Source: the human T2T-CHM13v2.0 reference genome, Homo sapiens. From it: 64,000 nt of DNA. Made by a program: the position numbers and the translations under genes. The DNA lies in NCBI RefSeq assembly GCF_009914755.1, contig NC_060930.1; one strand, given 5' to 3'. Shown here in pieces: positions 59,475 through 64,000 of the stretch; the stretch's first letter is position 1; every line of letters starts with the position of its first letter. Below the pieces are notes generated by a model. The model made no database searches. It saw only the letters and a program-made list of their open reading frames with translations, and had not been told where the DNA came from.

Positions 59475-60310
59475 TCCAGTTTGTTTAACAAAATGTTATT
59501 GGACACTGTACCTGAGTTAAGGCAGAGACTAGTATAAAAAATGACAACTATGGAAGAGACGTTTCAAAGATAGCCACACTGAATTTCAAAGATATCCACA
59601 TTAGATATAACTCAAGGAGATAGAAAAATGGCAGGTAGAAATTCCAGGAATAGGAAAAGGCATGTAGGTTGGCTAATCTGTGGCATTCTTAAGAAACAAC
59701 AGGTAAGTCAAAATTTACCTAAACAGGTGTCTATGGAAGAAGAGACTAAAGTGAGTAATTTAGAAACCATGCCTTATAGTCCAGGAGGGATTTTTATTTA
59801 ATTTGCTACTAAAAGCTGCTAAGCTTTTTCTATTGTATTTTGTTTGCTTGTTGTTGTTGCTGCTGTTGTTTCAGCACAGAATGATTTTTTATACTCTAGG
59901 TTTTAAAAAGATGAGTATGTCAGGTTTTAAAAAGATGAGGATAGATTGTAGCAGGGTGAAAGGTGAAGTAGAAATACCAATTAGGATTGGCTAGTATAGT
60001 AGGTAATGAAAGTCCACTTCCTGGAGGTGGTAGGAAGAGAAAGCAAAGAGAAGACTCTGCAGAGGCAGAATCTATGGAATTTGGTCCTTAACTGAACATA
60101 GGGTGAAAGGGTGAGGGAGCAGAAAAAAGAAGACTCTTCAGTTCTGAGCCTGAGTTTTTGCTAGTACCAGTAACAGAACCAGGGAAATCAAGAAGATATC
60201 TAGTCAGGGTGAGTTCCATTTTAATATTTTAGAATAAAGATTCCTAATGTGATGTTAAAACAGACAATTAGGTAAGTTGTTCTAATCGTCTGTCTTGTGT
60301 CGAGATTTGG
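59475..60310 (-). mobile_element. L2 fragments, antisense; boundaries approximate
   Basis: tttgtttaacaaaatgttattggacac...; attccaggaataggaaaagg; agaggcagaatctatggaatttgg. Confidence 0.55.
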
Positions 60311-60413
60311 GCTCTAAGAATTCCCAGAAACACAATTACAGGCATTCATTCTGAAACGCTAATAGATAACAGTATCCATGCCATGTTAAAAATATATGGA
60401 TAAAGAAGTATCC

Positions 60414-60630
60414 ATGAAACCCCATCTCTACTGAAAATACAAAAATTAGCTGGGCATGGCAGTGCATACCTGTAATCCCGGCTACTTGGGAGGCTGGGGC
60501 GGGAGAATTGATTGAATCCAGGAGGTGGAGATTGCAGTGAACCAAGATCGTGCCGCTGCCCTCCAGTCTGGACAACAAAGTGAGACTCCATCTCAAAACA
60601 AAGTAAAAACAAACAAAGAACAACAAAAAG
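60414..60630 (+). mobile_element. 5'-truncated AluS
   Basis: Starts at tgaaaccccatctctact; flanks share aaagaa..gtatccat. Confidence 0.88.
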
Positions 60631-60731
60631 AACTGTATCCATATACTTGTCATACGGATATGTCTTTTTTAATCTTCACTTCCAAAAATGCAGAGATAAA
60701 AATTTTCACAGTTTTCCATGAAAATTATGTA

Positions 60732-60734
<3 letters not shown>

Positions 60735-60763
<29 letters not shown>

Positions 60764-61050
60764 GACAGAGGCTGGCTTTCTTACTCACACTGGAGTGCAG
60801 TGGTGCAATCTTGGCTCATTGCAACCTCTACCTCCTGGGTTCAAGGAATCCTCTCATGTCAGCCTCCTAGTAGCTGGGACCACAGGCATGTGCCACCATG
60901 CTTGGCTTACTTATATTTTGTTTTGTTTTTTGTATAGATGGGGTCTCACCATGTTGCCCAGGCCAGTCTCGAACTCTGGGGCTCATGTGATCCCCTTGAC
61001 TCAGCCTCCCAAAATGCTGGGATTATAGGCATGAGCCACCGTTCCTGGCC
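60735..61050 (-). mobile_element. AluJ-like, antisense
   Basis: T29 tail; TSD TATGTAGCC(TTTT) at 60726 and 61051, followed by a TTTT/AAAA endonuclease site. Confidence 0.93.
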
Positions 61051-61857
61051 TATGTAGCCTTTTAAAAACATTTTAGGATATTTCTCTGAGTTTTTAATGA
61101 GCTCCATACTTCCACTATTTTCATATTTCTCAAACTGGGAGACAATGATGGTGGACAGAGGACAAAAGAAGACACAGACACAGGGTAATCACAAATCCCC
61201 ATTTTCATGGGGGCTTGAGTTTTTACAAGGAGATTTGGGGGATAATAGAAGTAAGAGATCATTTTATATTAACTCAATATCACTACAAACACAGCTAAAT
61301 TGTGACATAGAAATCAAAGTATATTTCAATTTCTAAGTATAAGGCATAAGATTTCAAAGAAATGTCTTGTTCATAACAGACTTCTTCCTGCGCCATCCCT
61401 GAGCCCCAGCAGTAAGTGCACTCCATTAGGCAATCTGGGTACTTTTAGAGGAAAAGTTTGAGCAATTTAGTCCTAGACAATAGCCATCTTTTTTTATATT
61501 ACTAAATTTAAACTGTTGCAAAATTATGCATTTACAGCAAGTATACTCATGATTGACAGTGGCAAAATAAAAAAATATGCAACTAATTTTTGCTGTTTTC
61601 AGACCCTGCATCTAGTTTCTTTTAAACTCTGGCATCATATTTATTCAAACAGAAACATATTTGAAACATAGACACTAAAAATGGGTCTACAAGTTCCATG
61701 TGAGGGATGCATTGGGACTCCAGCCAAGGAAATCATCCCCCTTTCACAACACACTTTAAGAACTAAGCTAAATCCCTGTAGTGTGCATTGCTTCCTTAAT
61801 ATGAGTTTTGACATTCACTTTAGGCTAATATTCAACAACCTACTCTGGAGAGAGGAA

Positions 61858-62155
61858 TACAGGGCTCAGAAAATGGTAGCCCAGAGTATGGTGCTTTGGC
61901 ATACTGAGTGCTTTGAACTAAGAACATTGAAAGGCCTCAGAAGCAACCTCAGAATCAGGATCTCTCTGATCTTCTCTTTCCCTCCTGTCAGTGGCCCCTT
62001 ATTCTCCTCCAAAGTAAGTCATAGATACCAGAATTCCTCTTCACCAAATTGGATCATAGTAAGTAGAACTTCTTTTCCCCAAAGCAAGCCAAAAAACTTA
62101 AAAATATTACTCTAACCTTCCCTTCCCTTTTCATCTAGAAGCCAGCCATAAAGGA
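61858..62155 (+). mobile_element. Partial MER31/MER67-family LTR
   Basis: gggctcagaaaatggtagcccagagtatggtgctttggcat...ttttccccaaagcaagcc...aaaaatattactctaac. Confidence 0.65.
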
Positions 62156-62704
62156 CTCATGCAAACCAGTAAAGAAGAAGAACCACAGGTTCATCTTAGC
62201 CGATATGGGCAACGGCATTGTAGGTGTATAAAGTTCTAAGGCTGGAAAACGTCATTCACAGAAACTGGTTTCTAATTCCCATCAGCCCATGATTTCCAGA
62301 CCTCATACTATAATGTTTATGGTTAGGAGATTCTCCAACTTTCTCTAACAATTTATTTCAGCTTCTAAAAGTCTGTATACAGTGAATACCTCTCTGATAT
62401 ATAATTCAGACTTAAGCATCAACTCTGTGATTCACACTTATGAATTAAAGTGAAAATCTGTAAACAGTTTTTTCTAAGCCCACCTACAGGTCATTTACAG
62501 GTCATTTACAAGTCATTTGTATTAAAAAGAAAGGAACACAATAAAATCAGAATGAGGAGGCAAAGCTCCTGGTTGGGACAAGTAAATGAGCCATTCTTCC
62601 AGCGGGAAGACCTCTTTTATAGAAGAAGAGGACATTTATAATGGCCTTCCATGTGGCAGTCGCCTTCCCTGGCCTATATGTCTATGCTGTCTTGTTCATT
62701 TAAG

Positions 62705-62920
62705 GTATTCAGTATACATTTATTGAGCACCTGCTGAATGCCAGATGCTGTGTGCTAGGTGCCAGTGATATACAGACGAATAAGCAATTGTCCAGGAACT
62801 GTTCAGAGACAAAATATGAAGACCAGCCATTAAAAATATAATTGCAGTACTATGAAATAGCTGCAGGGTGATCAATATCCATGGAGCTTATGGGCTCACT
62901 ACAGAGGGCACCTAGCCCAT
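62705..62920 (-). mobile_element. L2 3' end
   Basis: atttattgagcacctgctgaatgccagatgctgtgtgctaggtgcc. Confidence 0.75.
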
Positions 62921-63044
62921 CCTGGATTGTTTTGTCTCATTTTCCATTTTAAAAAGACATAATTACAAACCTGAATAGTCTAAAGAAGAGTGCTCCCTGA
63001 ATCTATGAGACACATCTAAGATAGCAACAAGCAAAGAGAATTGA

Positions 63045-63200
63045 TGTGGAATTCAGAAAGAATTCCAGCTTGCTCACTACTTGTGTGAGCTTGGGAAACT
63101 TACTTAGCCTCCTTGAGCTTCAGTTTTCTAATCAGTAAAGTGGAGATAATGGCTTTACCTCCCAGGGTTATTGTGAGGATTAAGAAAGATAATAATGGCT
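63045..63200 (+). mobile_element. MIR
   Basis: gtgagcttgggaaacttacttagcctccttgagcttcagttttctaatcagtaaagtggagataat. Confidence 0.8.
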
Positions 63201-64000
63201 GCCATTTCTTAAGTGGCTCTTATCTGTGTGGCCCAATGATAAGTGTTTTATATCCTTTTTTAAATCTTCAAAATTACCCTGCAACGTAAGTCTGATTACT
63301 GAAACTGGGGCTAAAAGGAGATTAGATTTTACACTTCAGACCACACAACTTAAAAGTGATACAACTGAGGTCTAAATATACATTTCTCTAGATCCAACTT
63401 GGAGAAATATGCTATCAGACTTGGCATATTCCAAGTATTTTAAATGGTCTAGGAGAGTTCTTGGGATATAGCAGGTACTCCAGACATACAGGTGGCTTTC
63501 CATCCTCATTTTTCTCAAATATCTGAAATATGATGAATGTGCTTCATTTTATAGAATCACTTTTTCTCTAATATCAATAATTAAAGGATTGCAATGACTA
63601 ATTCTCTTGCATTTAAAATGTATAAAAAGAAAGGGGTCTTTTGAAATAAGCTACTCAGGAAAGCATATTTCTTGTGCAGTTAGATTGGTGGTCCTCTCAG
63701 GATGGGGATTCATATACAGCTTCAAGAAATGTTGCGTGATAGTAATATGAATGCAAGGAAACATTATCATGCTCTTATCTTTATTGCAAAAGATGCATAT
63801 AATATTTGACAGCCACCTGAATTCTATAGATGTGTAGATATTGTCAATCAGAATATATCTTTATTTAAATAGAAAATCCACAGATTAGAATTTTCTCATT
63901 ATTACACATTTTGAAAACTCAATTCTAAGTTCAGTTTTTGACAGCAGTTAATTTCTTTAAAAAACGGGTGCTTAAATTAGAAAAGAAAGAAAAAGGCAAT

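Noticed and set aside
60336-61028. Longer ORFs at 60336-61028 (also 18294-18698 and 35799-36094)
   Set aside because: Translations of Alu sequence and simple repeats.

Overview
AT-rich primate (human or great-ape) genomic DNA lying entirely inside the 3' half of ADGRB3 (BAI3, adhesion GPCR B3) on the + strand. Ten GT-AG coding exons (151, 70, 67, 86, 99, 172, 96, 40, 644 and 36 nt) join with matching phases into one open frame. That frame runs from TM3 through TM7 into most of the intracellular tail ([15 protein letters not shown] ... RRKSRYSDLDFE). The start and the last exons lie outside the window. Introns hold Alus, L1PA/L1M, L2, MIR, MER5/MER20, solo LTRs and many small local duplications. 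There is no prokaryotic system, CRISPR array or RNA gene, and nearly all tracked ORFs are repeat-derived or chance. Most interesting: (1) a head-to-head pair of old L1PA copies sharing six apparently private variants, possibly marking a 3.9-kb inversion or conversion; (2) a candidate 20-nt stop-codon (poison) microexon after the 36-nt exon; (3) a candidate 7-nt frame-preserving microexon or decoy acceptor just before the TM3 exon; (4) an RBFOX-flanked 99-nt ICL3 cassette exon; (5) a hairpin-containing compound templated insertion; (6) a twin-primed L1; (7) a perfect DR5 element made by an 11-bp triplication. Repeat subfamily names come from recalled consensus sequences and need RepeatMasker confirmation.
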